Virus record (IMG/VR): IMGVR_UViG_3300049491_000418
Span: 32,001 to 96,000 of that record
Reading direction: 5' to 3' (one strand)
Length of the DNA: 64,000 nt
Origin: a virus
Shown here in pieces: positions 8,389-23,100 of this stretch. A program made the translations under genes and the position numbers. Position 1 is the stretch's first letter. Each line of letters begins with the position of its first letter. A model generated the notes under the pieces. It was not told the origin of the DNA and made no database searches. It worked only from the letters and a program-made list of their open reading frames with translations.

Positions 8389-11109
8389 ATGGCAAGTTTC
8401 ACAGATACTCAACCACCAAAGTTTAATCCATACATACAACAACAACCTGTTGAAGCTATGGTATCTGTTGGTATGCAGAAGCAAAAAGCTTATGAAGAAG
8501 GAGTTCAGAAGATACAAACTCAAGTTGACAATATTGCAGGACTTGATGTTATAAGAGATGTTGATAAAGCCTATCTTCAATCTAAATTGAATCAATTAGG
8601 AAATAATCTCCGTACAGTTGCTTCTGGAGATTTTTCTAATTTTCAGTTAGTGAACTCTGTTTCTGGTATGACTAAGCAACTTATTAGAGATGAAGGTATT
8701 CAAAATGCAGTAAGTTCTACAGCAAAACTCAGAAAGGAACAAACTTTTATGGAAGAAGAACGTAAGAAAGGAGAACTTAATCCAGCTAATGAGTATGTTT
8801 TCAATAAACAAGTATCCTCATGGATGGATAATTCTGATGTAAATGCTGGATTAAATGCTAAATATAATAAGTTCTTTGATGTTGATAAACATATGGCTGA
8901 TACTTTTGATAAGATTAAGCCTGATGGATATACCATTGATCAAATATTTGTTACTGGTAATGATGGAAAACCTCTTATAAATAAAAGAACAGGACAACCT
9001 GAACTTTCTCATTCAATGAAGAAATTAAAAAAAGAAGGTAAATTTCCTGAGAAAGTAAAACAAACAATAGACTATGTATTCTCTGATCCAAGAGTATCTA
9101 AACAGTTAGGTATAAATGGACAATATACTTATAGAGGATTAGATTCTGCTGCTTTATTGGAAAGAACAGGTAAAGTAAAAACAGAACAAATTAATAATAT
9201 AGAAGATAATATTTCTTCTTTGAATATTCAAAAAAGTGCAACAACCAATAAGGCAGAACAAGATGTATATCAAGCACAAATTGATAAACTAAATGAAACT
9301 AAAGCTGCTGTACAATCATCTTATGAAGATATTCAGGAAGCTGCTGTTAGTAATCCTGATTCTATTAGAGCTTTACTAGCTAGAGATGATGCCAAGAATA
9401 AATTTACTGCTATGTATACCAATGTTATCACTGAAGAAACTATTCATGATAACCCAGCTTTTAAGATGGAGTTTGAAATACAAAAAGAGCGTAATGATAT
9501 GGCTATTAAAAAAGAAGACATGCGTTACAAATGGGCAGGTTTAGCACAACAAAAAGAATTAGCTATTAGAAAAGAAGGTTCTGATTATAGAATAGCTATG
9601 TTAAAAGCTAAGAAAGAGGAGGAGGAAGCTTCATCAGCTGGGTTAACTGAAGGTCCTTTAGACACAGACAGAGATTATAATGAGACTTTTGATAAAATGG
9701 GTGAGAATGCTTGGAAAGATTATAGTACTTCAGTAGACCAGTTATTATTTGGTACAGGAGTACTTGATCCAAAAGTACTAGCTGATTATAAAAGTAGAAA
9801 TAAAGGAGTAAGTGATGAAGTAGCTATGAGAGCTGTTGTAAATGCTACAGCAAAAAAGAGAGGAATGACTCCTTATCTCTTTAGAACTAAATATGCTATT
9901 GAAGCTAATACTAGACTTTCTGAAAATCCACAGTTGGATCAAACAATGAAAAACTTAAAAGGTTCTGTTGAAAATGCTAAAAAGCACTTTGATATTTATA
10001 ATAATGCTAAGATTAAAATTGATGCAGAAACTCCTGATGTGGCAGAGTTAAACAATGTAAAACCAATTACATTAAATATGTCTACAGGTATGGCTCCTTT
10101 TGGTAGTCCTAAAAAAGTTACTTTAACACCAGCAATGCAATATGATTTATCTCTAGTTTTTAATGATACAAAAAGTATGTTTAGTACTGATCAAGAAGTA
10201 GAAGCTTCAGAGGCAGCAATGAAACGTTTAAAAGCTAAAGGTATTACAGAACAAATGGTACGTGCTTTTCCTGCTGCTTTTAGATATGGTACTGGTACAC
10301 CCCCTGGTGTAAATCCACAGGAATGGGAAAAAGCTAAAAATTTCATGTATAATGATGCAAATAAAAACTTTGCAGCAAGTTATCAAACAAGAGCAGCTAA
10401 GATTAAAGAGATGGCTATTTTAAATCCTGTTGTAAGACAACCATTAGCAAGTGGTGAAACTAAAATAGATACTCAAAGAAAAGAAACATTGTCTGGTTAT
10501 GTAGGAGCATATGCTAATGAAGGACAAAATGAGTCTCCAGGTTTAGTAAAAAATGCTGCAGCAATGCAAGCTATACTTAAAGATGATAAAAAAGGAACAG
10601 TGCAATATACTGCTACCAGAGATGAAGTTACTAATCAGATAACTCCAAAAGCATTATTTTATAGTACTAATGGTAGTTTAGTTGGTGAAGTAACCTTAAG
10701 TGAAAGACAAGCAGCTTCTATAGGTTTTAATCCTGGTAAAGGTTACCAAGATATGGTGGTTAAAGAGCTAGATAATAAAATGTATGTTACTAGTAACAAT
10801 ACTACTGCTTTTGGAGATGTTAAAGATATTAGTACATATCAAATGAATGATGTTGCTTTTACTAAACAAGACTTTCCTAGTTTAAAAGGAACTCCTTATG
10901 ATGTAAAAGGTAATGTTAAAAAAAGCACTATAGTTGATAGAGGTGGAGTTTCTAGAGAAATTTTTACTAATTATGTTTATGTAAATGATGGAAAAGGAAA
11001 ACCTGTTCTTATAGAACTACCAAAAAATGCAAATTCTATGGTAGAAGCTGTTAACATGTTTTCAAACCTTACACCTGATGTAATAAATGCTATTATTAAA
11101 ACAAAATAA
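8389..11109 (+). CDS. Putative internal virion/ejection protein (helical, coiled-coil)
   Basis: 906-aa ORF directly upstream of the vRNAP. The N-terminus (KFNPYIQQQPVEAMVSVG..KQ..Y) resembles crAss-like cargo proteins. Confidence 0.55.
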   Translation: MASFTDTQPPKFNPYIQQQPVEAMVSVGMQKQKAYEEGVQKIQTQVDNIAGLDVIRDVDKAYLQSKLNQLGNNLRTVASGDFSNFQLVNSVSGMTKQLIRDEGIQNAVSSTAKLRKEQTFMEEERKKGELNPANEYVFNKQVSSWMDNSDVNAGLNAKYNKFFDVDKHMADTFDKIKPDGYTIDQIFVTGNDGKPLINKRTGQPELSHSMKKLKKEGKFPEKVKQTIDYVFSDPRVSKQLGINGQYTYRGLDSAALLERTGKVKTEQINNIEDNISSLNIQKSATTNKAEQDVYQAQIDKLNETKAAVQSSYEDIQEAAVSNPDSIRALLARDDAKNKFTAMYTNVITEETIHDNPAFKMEFEIQKERNDMAIKKEDMRYKWAGLAQQKELAIRKEGSDYRIAMLKAKKEEEEASSAGLTEGPLDTDRDYNETFDKMGENAWKDYSTSVDQLLFGTGVLDPKVLADYKSRNKGVSDEVAMRAVVNATAKKRGMTPYLFRTKYAIEANTRLSENPQLDQTMKNLKGSVENAKKHFDIYNNAKIKIDAETPDVAELNNVKPITLNMSTGMAPFGSPKKVTLTPAMQYDLSLVFNDTKSMFSTDQEVEASEAAMKRLKAKGITEQMVRAFPAAFRYGTGTPPGVNPQEWEKAKNFMYNDANKNFAASYQTRAAKIKEMAILNPVVRQPLASGETKIDTQRKETLSGYVGAYANEGQNESPGLVKNAAAMQAILKDDKKGTVQYTATRDEVTNQITPKALFYSTNGSLVGEVTLSERQAASIGFNPGKGYQDMVVKELDNKMYVTSNNTTAFGDVKDISTYQMNDVAFTKQDFPSLKGTPYDVKGNVKKSTIVDRGGVSREIFTNYVYVNDGKGKPVLIELPKNANSMVEAVNMFSNLTPDVINAIIKTK

Positions 11110-11111
11110 TC

Positions 11112-14100
11112 ATGGAAGAAGAAATTGGCTTAATGAATGATCTACCCACTGCTTCTAATATAAGTGTTCCTAGTGGAGATAATCCTAATATTAGTTCTGC
11201 TCATGAATTACCTGTTAACCTAGGAGGTACAGCTTCTGGCTTACCTGTCTATGTTCCTAACAATCCTTCAACAAGAGGAAGTGGTAAACCTGAGTTTAGA
11301 GAACAGTCTCTTGAGGAGATTATGGATGGTATGGATATTTCTGATAAAAGTGGTGCTTTAGATTATGTTTCAGCAAGAGATTTACCAGGATCAGGCAGAT
11401 ATGATAAAGGTGTTTATGTTGGAAGAGATGCAGAGGAAATGTATGCTCAACAACAATCTACTGCAGAGAAATGGGGTAATGGTGTGGCCAAGATGGTTGG
11501 TACTGCAGCAACTACTTTTGTTAGTGGTACTGTTGGTACCTTAAATGGTATTGGTGCCATGTTTGCTGAGAATAGATTGGCTGCTTTCTATGATAATGAT
11601 ACTAACCGTAAGATGGATGAGTATAATAAGAAGATGGAAGATTATCTTCCAAATTATTATACCCAAGCAGAAACAAGTGCATCTTGGTTATCTCCTAAGA
11701 ATGTATGGACAGCCAACTTCTGGTCAGATAAAGTAATAAAAAATTTAGGTTTCTCTATTGGTTCAATGGCTGGTGGAGCTGCTTGGAGTAAAGCTTTTGG
11801 CTTTGTAGGTAAGATTAATGCCTTAGTTAGAGCAGAAAAGGGTTTAGAAACTCTTACTGCTGTAGAAGCTGCTATGGTTAATGCCAATAGTGTTTCTAAG
11901 TTTGGAGCAGTATCTAAAGCCTTAAATGGTTTAGCTACAAAATATGTAAATCCTGCAGGTGCTTATATTCTTGCTAATGGTGAAAGAGCTACTATAGCCT
12001 TAATGGGTACTATGGGTGAGGCTAGTATGGAGGCTCTCCAAAATATGAATGACTTTAGAAATAAACTTATAAAAGAATATAAACTTCAATCAGGTGTTGA
12101 ACCATCTGGTGAAGATCTTGAGGAAATTAATAACATGGCTGACCATGTTGGTAATTTTACTTGGGGAATGAATGTTGCTTTGTTATCTGCTACTAATTAT
12201 ATTCAATTACCAAAAATACTTAATAGTAGTAAAACAGCTGAGAGGAGAGCAATTAATGAACTTGCTAAAGAATCAGTGGCAGAAGGGGCTACTATAGCTG
12301 AGAAAACAGCTGCTAAATATGGAGCAAAAGCTTCTAATTTAGAAAGAGCTTTTGGTAAACCAGGCAAACTATTTGGTGATTACTTAGTTAATCCAGTTTC
12401 TTTATTATTTGCTCCTTCTGAGGCTTTTGAAGAAGGAATGCAATTTGCTATTCAAACAGGGGTTGAAGACTATTTCAATAGAGCACATCAAAATGAACAA
12501 GATACTAATGATTTTTGGAATAATACTTTAGACAGTATGGGTAATGTGTTTAGCTATGGTGTTAAACAAGCTCTTACTACTAAGGAAGGTTTAGAGGGAA
12601 TTTTGATTGGTGGTATTTCTGGAGGTCTTCAAACTTCTTTCTCTCCTTTTGGAGAGAACAATATAAAAGAAAGAGGCTTTACAGGAACAGGTGGTCAAGT
12701 AGGTAGAAATACTGCTGCAGCAATTACTGAAATCAATAATTCCAAAAACCTTACTCAAGCTTTAAAAGATGCTAGAAACTTTGTTTCTATTGGTATTGGT
12801 TCTCAAAAAAACCGTCAAGAGGCTGTAGCAAATAATGACACTTTTAATGAGAAAAACTTTGAAAAAGATTATGCTCTTTCATATATAATGCCTAGAGTTA
12901 AATATGGTAAAATAGATGCTGTACTTTCAGAACTAGATTTATATAGAAGACAAGCTTTATCTGATGCTGGTTTTGAGGACTTAAAGGCTTCTGAAGTTGT
13001 TCTTGAGAATGAAACTAAACAACAGTTTATAAAAAGACTTGATAATATTGAAAGTACATCTAGACAGGTAAGTAAAACCTATGATATAATTAATGATAGA
13101 TACTCTAATATTACAGATGAAAAAGGTAGAAGACTTTATGATGATAAAGTTGTAGATGAGTTAGTTTATGCTGCAGCTAAAACTGTAGATGCTGATGAGC
13201 GTTTAAAAGATTTATCATCAGAAATGTCACTTGCTGGATTGGGTATAGATAGATTAAGAACAGCTATGCAGGCTTCTCCAAGTTGGGAAGATAATAATAC
13301 TAAAGGTGTTATCAAAGATGCTGAAGTTCAGAAAGAAATAAATGCTTTATTTGCTGAAGCAAAAATAAAAGATCCTAATAATTTACAAAATTACAGAGAG
13401 AAAGTATTTGATTTTGCCAATCTATTGGTTGACAGAAAAAGATATATTGATGATTATAACAAAAGAATTTTAACTCCTGAAGAGTTTAGTGCACCTGATG
13501 TAGATACTACAGAGTATCCTCCTATTGGTAGTCCTAAAGAGGTAATGAAAGTTACTACATCTACAGGAGATGTTAATGTTAATGTTGGAGAAGAATACAT
13601 AATGGGTAGAGTTACTCTTAAGAGTAAAAAAGGTCATGATGTATATGAGGCTCCTACTATAACTATCTTAGGGCAAAATGAAGATGGTACACTAAAAGTT
13701 AAGAAAGAGGATGGTACCATAGTTTCTATGGATCCTGAGGAACTAGAAAGTAGAAGTCTTACTAAAGCTGAGGATGTTAGAAAGAATCCTAAAATTTCTT
13801 TCTATATTTACAACTGGAATGTTGTTTGGAAAAATAGAAGTGTTAAGGGTGCTGATGGTAAAGCTGCTGTTGGTAGAATTGTTTATGATAAAAAACAGGA
13901 TAGATTACTGTTTCAATATATAGGTAAAGGTGGTGTTTTAATGGAACAAGAGGTTATTAACACTATGTTCTCATATAAAACAGCAACTAAACTAGGTTTT
14001 AAACAACCTTATATAACTGCGCAATCTGTTTTAACACCAGCACAAGAAGCTTCTATGGAGAAATTCATTGAATCTAAGATGTCTTTTTCAGAAAAAATCA

Positions 14101-17100
14101 AAGCTAGAAACTCTATTATCTCTAATCTATATGAGACAAGTAAAGCTAGACTTGAACAAGTAACCAAAGAACTTACTTCTGCAAAAGAGAAAGTAGATAA
14201 AGCAGCCTCTACAATAGAAGAACAAGTTAAAAAAGGTATAGAAACTAAAGAAGGAACCTGGAAAGTAAAGGCTATAAAGTCTATTACTAAAATGGCCAGA
14301 GATCTTGGTGCTCTAGATGCTTCTTTATTACAACAAATTGAGGATTTAGAGAATGAAAAAGAAGAGCTTGAAGCTACTATTCCTTATTTCAAAGACTTCT
14401 TGGAAGATATTATGTCTACTCCAGAGAGTGGAAAAGAAATGATTGAAGATATTAAGAAAGATATCAATGACTTAGAAGATCTTATTGACACTACCAAGGA
14501 TGCAATAAGTAAAACCAAATCAGCTATCAAGCTTGTTGAAGATTTATTGAAAAATGCTTTAGGGGTATTTAATGATTATGTAAAAAGACTTAAAGAAGAG
14601 AATCCCAACATGCCTTTATTCCTAGATGATTTTCTAGCTAAGTTAGAAAAATATCTTGGAGAAGAAGGAGCAAAACAATTTGTTGCTGACAAACTAGGAT
14701 TCACTGAACAGGTATTAGAACTAGATAGTGATATTAGTGACTTTAAAGATGAGTTAAAAATTCCTGATCTACAAAAGAGAGCATCAACCTTGTCAACTGA
14801 TCTAAAGGAACTAGAAAAAGGTTTAGATGATCTTATAGCTGCCCAGATGGCTAAGGCCAAGATACTAGATGAATTTAAAGAGTTTGCTGATAGAGAAAAA
14901 GCTGTACAGGCGGAAGAGAAACGTATGCACACTAATCCTACCTTAGTTAAAGATCTTATTGGTACATTGAATAAAACTGTCCAAAACTTCTTTGGAAACA
15001 AAGCCTATGATCCTATGTCTAAGAAACCAGACATGGCTGTAGTAAGAAGTACACGTCCTATTAGTGATGGTAAACCTCATCAAGAGAGAGCTAATCACTT
15101 TGGAGCAAGAATGGATAGTTTTTCTAAAAAGAAAAGAGATAGTATTAGAGGTATTATAGTTACACAAAAAACACAAGGGGGAGTTATTGATGGCTTGGTA
15201 GAACACCTACTATCTCAGGTTCCTGAGGAAGACAAAGAAAAATATCCTGCTAATGAGGTTATAGCTTTGGTAATGGTGGAAGTTGATAAAAAAGGAAATC
15301 AGTTCTTACTTGATCAAGATGGTAAACGTCTTTCTAAAGATGCTGATGTTATTAACTCAGCAATATACCAAGTATTTCCAACTAAAAGTTTAAAAGGTAA
15401 CTATGTAGATGCTGATGGTAATAGAAAGTTTGGTAGTATGTTTAGAGATGATACTCCACAGTCTACTGTAGACTCATTAACTAAACAGTATGCAGCATGG
15501 GTAGATGATCAATTAGCTGCTGATGCAATGCCTGCACCTTATAAAGTAAGTGCTTCTTTTGGTTATCCTGAATTACAAAAAGTAATGGGAGAGACTAAAG
15601 AGGAGATAGATCATAATGCAAGAACTTCTGCTAAGGCAGCAGGCTTGGTTACTGATGTTATGCTTGAAAGAGAACCTGTTATACAGGTTAAAACTAGTGA
15701 TGCTCCTGTTACCTTAGGTAATGTTACTTTCACCTCCCCAAAAGGCAGAGTGTTCTTAACTCTTCCTAATGGTATTGCTAAACTATTCAATAGAAAGTTT
15801 ACAGCAACTGAAGCTGAAACTATTTATGATGTTCTTCTTCAAGTAACTAAGAATGTCCGTGACCATGGTGAAGTAAGACCAGAGACTGAAAGATTGTTTA
15901 ATTGGTTAAGATCTACAACATACTGGGGATTTTCTAAAGATAGACAAGGTAATCCTAAACCTGCTGGATATAATAATATGTGGTTTCAGGAAGTTACTGA
16001 TACCAATAATGAGAAAAGATTAAAATTATATATTTCTGGAAAAACAACAGACCCTACTCAGGCTATTGATTTCACTTATTCTAGTTTATATAATAGAAAA
16101 GGAGATATTATGATGCTCCTTCAAAATATGTATAATAATACCAGTAATCATTTAACCAATGAGAGTAACTGGCAGAATCCTTATTCCCAAATAGTAGGTA
16201 TTAATGAGGATGGTTCTCCTCAAACTGTTGACTGGCCAAACTATCAATCTTATTTACTATCAGATAAAATGCCTGATGGTGGTGTAAGAAAGAATGAAGA
16301 TATTCCATTAATTACTAAGTTTAGACCATTAGTAGATGAGAATGATACTAATAGAAAAGGTATTTATTTCACATTGAAAAGTGGTCCAACATCATTTACA
16401 ATGCCTGAAAAGGAAGAAGCAACTCCTGCAACTTCAGAAGAACCTAGTGCCTCTACCACTCCAACAGATTCTGCTCCTACAGTAACTCCAACAAAAGAAG
16501 AAGGATCTATATCAATGACTATAGATGGATATGAATTTGATGGGAAAACACCTAATACAATGGAGTTAAATGCAGGACCTATAACATTTACTGTTGATAT
16601 AGAGAAACAAATGGCAGATGGTGCTGGGGTGTCTATAACTTCTCCAGGAGAAACTGTAGAAGCTCTTATAGCTGCTAAAGGTTATGCTGAAGATCATGCT
16701 TACAATGTAATAAATGCTACTGTACTAGCAAGACTTAAACCTTCTTTAGAAAAAGGTATTGCTGAATTAAAAGCAAGACAAACTGGTAAGGTAGAGCAAA
16801 AAGAACCATCTGTAGAAGCTTCTGCTGTAATAACTCCTACTCCTAAAGTTGGTAAGCTTGATCTTACTGGTGAGAACTGGAATCCTATCAATACTAAATA
16901 TGGCCCAACAAGATTTAAAATTAATGCTGATAAGTTTTTAGCAGGAGATGTATCTCTTTCTGCTATTAATGTTGAAATGGATCCAGACTTAGTTGATGCT
17001 GTTATAGAAGCTAAGCAATCTCAGAATTATGATGAAGAGGCTGCACACAAGTTTATTCAACAAAATGTATTGTTTTTGATTAAAGATGAGTTGGCTTTAT

Positions 17101-20100
17101 ATGATATAAAGAAAAACTCTTCTACACCTTTAGAGAATCCACCTGTTGAGGATACAACTGAAGAAGCTCCTGCTGAAGAAGAAACTATAGAGGAGATTGA
17201 TGAAGTAAGAGAAGCTACAGATGAGTCTGTAAATGCTCCAACAGAAACTGAGATAGCTGATGGTAACAATACTACTATTGAAGAAGCTGCTCCTAAGAAA
17301 AGAGGAGGCTTTGGTAAGGTAGATCCTAATAGAATTCCTTTAAGAGATAGAAAAGAGTATAGACTTCAAGTTCTTAAAGAAGCTAAAGCATTTGAAGGAG
17401 AGAATTGGGAGAAAGTTGAAAAGTGGTTAGCTGCTAACTTTCCTGGTCTTCCTGTATACAGAGTTAAAAATATGATTAAAGCTTCCAATGGTAGACAAGC
17501 TTGGGGTGCTTTAATGGATGGTTCTATATATCTAACTCAAAATGCTGAGGTAGGTACTGTATATCATGAGGTATTTGAGGCTGTATGGAAGATGTTTGCT
17601 GGACCTAAAGAGAAAAATGCTATTATTAAAGAGTTTAGAAACAGACCTGGTTATTATAAAGATAGATTTACTGGAAAACTTATTAAGTTTTCAAGAGCTA
17701 CAGATGCTGAGCTTAAAGAAGAACTTGCTGAGGAATTCAGAGATAAAGTATTGTATGGTAAAGATCCTGTTAGAATTAAAGGAAGAAATCTTATCTCAAG
17801 ATTGTTCAATGAATTACTAGACTTTATTCATAAGTTCTTTACAGGAAAAGAAGCTGTTAATAATACCAAACAATTGTTTGACAAAATTGGTAATGGTTAT
17901 TATAAAAACATACATAATCCCTATTTAACAAAATTATCTTTTCCTCAAGAAGGAATTATAGATATAGAAGATATGGATGTTGGTGATAATGCTGAGCTTA
18001 GAATCAACAATATCCCTGCAATTCAAGTGCATGATATTATCCAACACATGACATATAGCTTATTGGCTCCTTTATCAGAATCCAATGATATTTTATTCTC
18101 TCTTTCTGATATTTTAAGTAAGGGTAAAACTAAAATATATGCAGAGCTACAAGAAGAGGTACTAGGTGCTATTAATGAGAAAGGTCTTGTTCTTGTTGAT
18201 AAAGAAGCTAGTGGTCAAAAACTAACTGATTCAGAACAAAGAATGTTTGATAACCTTGAAACTCTTTATAACAATGTAGAGACTGAATGGAAAAACATAG
18301 TAGAAGAACATGTTAATTACTTAAAAACATATGCTCTTGAGTTTGATGAGAATGATGAGTTGAATATTAATGAAGGAGAACAATCTGGTAAAGAGGACTG
18401 GCAAGATGCCAGAACTATTGATTCCTTTAGAAAGTCTAATAGTGCAATAAAACTATTACTAGGAACACTACCAGTTAAGACTATGAAGAATGGATATCCA
18501 GAGACTGTGTATTCTTCTATAGGAGGATATACTCTCTTACCTGCTAATGCCGTTCATATAGATTTAATGAATAGATTGCATGATTCAGTAGATATTGATG
18601 AGATGATGGAAAGACTTCAAAACATAGCTTTGAATGATCCAAAATACTTTCAATTGTTTGAGCGTTTAACAGGTAAACAACCATCTGCTAATCAGGATGT
18701 ATACTCTGATATTTCTGATTCAGATTTCAGATTAATTTCTAGTTTCTGGAGAGTACTTAAAAAACAAAATGCTGATGTTATCACTGTGTTTATTCAACCT
18801 GGTGGTGAGGTAATTGTTAGTGATAGTACTCTTGCTTCTGCAACTAAAGAGGCTAAAAGAGATATGATGAGTAAAATCATTGATACTATGAAGACTGAGA
18901 AAACTCCTTATTTCTCTTATAATAGTAAGACAGGTAGATATTCAGCTACAAAGGTTTTGAAAGATGTTACTTTTAGTTCTGAAATGTCTTCATATACAAA
19001 TTTTCTTAAGAACTTAGGGATTAAGATAGATCCTGTAAAGTTGTCTGATACTCTTGATGAGAATCAGAAAAAAATGTTTAGAAAAACTGTAGGATTTATT
19101 AAAGAAACTATTGAAGTTATTGGTGATAAAGTCAAAACAACTAATCCAGATACTGGAGAGGAGATGACTATAGATACAGGTATTATGTCTATTAATACTT
19201 CCACTCTTAATATAGATGCTGATATGACCAGATTGGGAATCATTCAAGCTATTCTTGAAAATCCTGTATTTGAAAGTACATATTTCAATATCAATGGTCA
19301 ACGTACACAATCTTATGTTGGTACTAATACAGTTAGTAGCTTCTATGATGTACTATCTAAGGTTGTTGACTTTAGTGAAGATCTACAGGAACCTCAAAAT
19401 AAAGGATTCAGATACTTATTAACAGACAAGTTTGCTAAAAACTCTCAAATTCTTAAAAAATTGTTTGTTCAAAATGATGATGGTTCTTACGGAGAAAGAA
19501 AGGATGGTACTGAGGGTATTATGAAAACTGTTTTTATTGATGGAACTATTGATGAGTACTCTGGTAAAAAGAAAGAATCTTCAAAATTGAACTATGTACA
19601 ACGGTTTGTACAAGAACTTAATTTGAACCTAGAAGGGATTTATTTAAATCTGGTTCCAGGAGATGCTTCTATTGAACATGCTGTAAGACTGCACTCAGAT
19701 GATAATCCATTTGTAAATAAAGATTCTTATGAAAACGGACGTCATCTTCCAATATTCAGAGATTACTTCATAGATGAGGTAGAGTTAGCAAGAGATGAAA
19801 GACTTGTGGCTAATGTTTCAGGAAGAAATAGTACAGATTTACGTTTCTTTAAATCTATTTTGGAAGATAAATCAAAAGCAAATAAAAATGCTTTACATGA
19901 TGAGATAATGTATGATGAGAAAAATAAGGATAAAACCTCTGAAGAGTTATACAAATCTTATGAGAGCCAAATTAATACTGCTGTTAATAAGTTTATAGTA
20001 GAACAAGGTAAGGAAACACAAAGATTATTTAATAAGTTTAATATCATTCAGGCAAATCCAGAAAATGGTTTAGAAGCTCCTGGATTAAACTTTAAACAAG

Positions 20101-23100
20101 ATGAGCTTAAACCAGAGTTTCTTGCACAGAAACTTGAGGTAATGGCTGTCAACTATATGATAGCTAACATTGAGTTCCACAAACTTATATATTCAGATCC
20201 TTATCAATACTCTGATGAGCTTAAACGTATCAAAAACTTTAACTCACCAAGACAAGCTCTTGTATTTAATTCTCAAACATTAGGTAAGTTTTTACAAGAC
20301 TTCTATAATAAAGGAGTTAATCCAAAAGATAAAGCAGCCTACACTGATTTCCAAAGAGATCATTTTAGAACAGTTACTATTGATGATATATTTAGTACTA
20401 ATAAAAATAAAGACTATGAAGATCCTTTTGAGGAAACAGATGGTGGTGGTTATATTACTATCCAAGCATTACGTAAGTTTAGATTAAGACTTGGTGATTG
20501 GACTCCTGCTAATGAAAGACAATTCCAATTTGACTTAGACTATGAAAGAAAGGTTAAAGCTGGTGCTAGTGCAGAAGATCTTAGAAAATTTCTTAAAAGA
20601 AATCCTAATATCAAAAACACTTATACTCCTGTTAAACCTATTGTATCTGGTAATAAAGAAAATGGTAGAGACTTCAATGATGTTGTATTACACAAATTTG
20701 CATTAGTGCCTCTTTCTTATAGAGTACTTCATGAGTTACAAGAAAATAGTTATGCCATTAAACTTCTTGATAAGATGGTTAATGATGACATTGACTATGC
20801 TGTATATGCTTCGGGTAGTAAAGTTGGTACTGAGACAGTACATGAGCTTTATAATGAAGATGGTACTTTTAATAATACTCCTTTTGAATCTCAAAGAGAG
20901 AAAGAAGGATTCTTACCTAACAATGTAAAACGTGGTGTATCAAATATTCCTTTCTCTATTGTAGGTTTACAAACTGAAGTTCCTTCAAAAGACACTCCTT
21001 TAGTTACTCAAGGATCACAAATAACCAAGTTGGTTACTATGGACTTTATGGAAGCTGGTATGCCTGTTGACTTCATGCCTGAGGCAGAATTTATGGATAG
21101 ATTTGCTGTTTGGACTACCACTGATGAAGAGGGTAGAATGAAATCTGAGCTATATAGAATGGTTCAACATAATCAAAATCTTCTTGAAGCAAAAATTGTG
21201 GAAGGGTATAATTCTCTTCTTAAAAAACTAGGAATTGTTCAAGGTAAAGAGGGTGACAATCTTACTTTCACTATTACAGATAGAGATAAGTTCATTAAAA
21301 CTCTTAAGGATGAGATCCTTAAAAGAGAAGTTAACTATAATATAACTGATTCTTTTGATGGATTTGAGAGTGGACATGTTGTTCTTGAAGCTACTCCAGC
21401 ATATCAACAGATTAGAAACATTCTTTATTCTATTGCAGATAAGAATGTTGTTAGACCTAAGATCTCTGGAGGTATGAAAGTACAAATTCCTTCTTCATTG
21501 TTATTGGAACAACACAGAGTGAATATTGGTTCCTTTAAAAACAAAGCAGGGGAAATCAAACAAATCTTTGAGTCTAGTGAATTAGAGTTCTACACAAAAT
21601 CAGAAGATGGTAAGTCAGTTAATGTAGCTGAGATAATGGTTGGTAGATGGTTCAAAAGTGATAAGACTGATGAAGAGTTGATTGAATATTTCAATAATGA
21701 TCCAGAAGGTAAAAAACAACTTGAAGCATTAGCAGGTATAGCCTTTAGGATTCCTACTCAAAAACAAAACTCTATTGATGTATTCAAGATTAAGAAGTTT
21801 CTTCCTAAGGACTTTGGAGATAGTGTTGTGGTTCCTTCTGCCTTGGTTAAGAAAGTAGGATCGGATTTTGATATTGATAAATTGTCAATCTATTTGAAAA
21901 ACCTATATCCAGGAAAGGATAAAAATTTAAAAACTGTTCCTTATTTAGGAACTGGTGATCAAGCTCTTGACAAATTTAGAAAGCTTTTTGATGAAGGAGA
22001 GTTTGATGAATATGTAAAAACATTTAAAGATTTTCTAGATCTTGATAGTGCTGAGGATAGATTACTTGAAAGTATTTTTCCTGAAGACTATGCAGAACAA
22101 AGATCAATACAAAAAGAGGATGTAGTTAATAAATTATATAAAGAGTCTCTTGAGAATGAATATATAAGATCATTAGAAGGGCTTGTATCTCATCCTAGTA
22201 ACTATGAGGCTTTGGTAAAACCAAACTCAGCTCAAGATCTTAAAGATATAACTAATGATATAAATGAGAGAAAAGGATTGGAGAAAACTGATTATACTAA
22301 TGTAGGTAATATGCTTAACAGAGGATTTATGTCTAAACAAAGACATGAGTTTGTTACTGGTAAACAAGCTATTGGTATTGCTGCAGTTGCTCAAACTAAT
22401 CACTCTCAAAATCAAAGAAGCCCATTATTTCTTGATTTCAGAAAACTTAAGAAAGAAGGCATGGATGAATTGGATAGAACTCTTTTGGGTGGAAATCCTA
22501 AAGCTAAATCATATGCAAATAATCCTAGAATAAACTTTAAACATTATAATTCAATTTTGGTTGATGGTATTGCATTTCCTACTTTATCTCTTATTAAAGC
22601 AGCAGGACAGGCTACAGAATATATCTCAGATACAATTGGGATGTTTATTGATGGTTATGTGGATGTTGCTAAAGGTGGATGGATTATGGAGATGGGTGCA
22701 ACTCCTAATACTGCAGGTACCTGGTTGTACTTGATTAAGATAGGAGTTCCTATTAAAGATGTTGCATACTTCATGAATCAACCTATTATTGTTGACTATT
22801 TACAAAGAATAGAGAATAAAGGTCAAACTTGGTTATTCTCAGAAGGAAACATACTTAAAACTCTAGAGTTATATGAAAGTCCAGAGGATACCAGTAAACC
22901 AGAAGTAAGAGCTGTCATAGATAGTATAACATCAATTCCTAATCTATCAACATTAAAAAGTAATATTGGTAAGACTATTGAAGATATGACTCCTCAAGAG
23001 TTATATGAGCAACACTTTATGTTGAAAGAGTTTGTTAAATATGCTAAACAAGCATCTCAATTATTTGAGGTAACTCAGGGTTCTAACCATGATACAGCAA

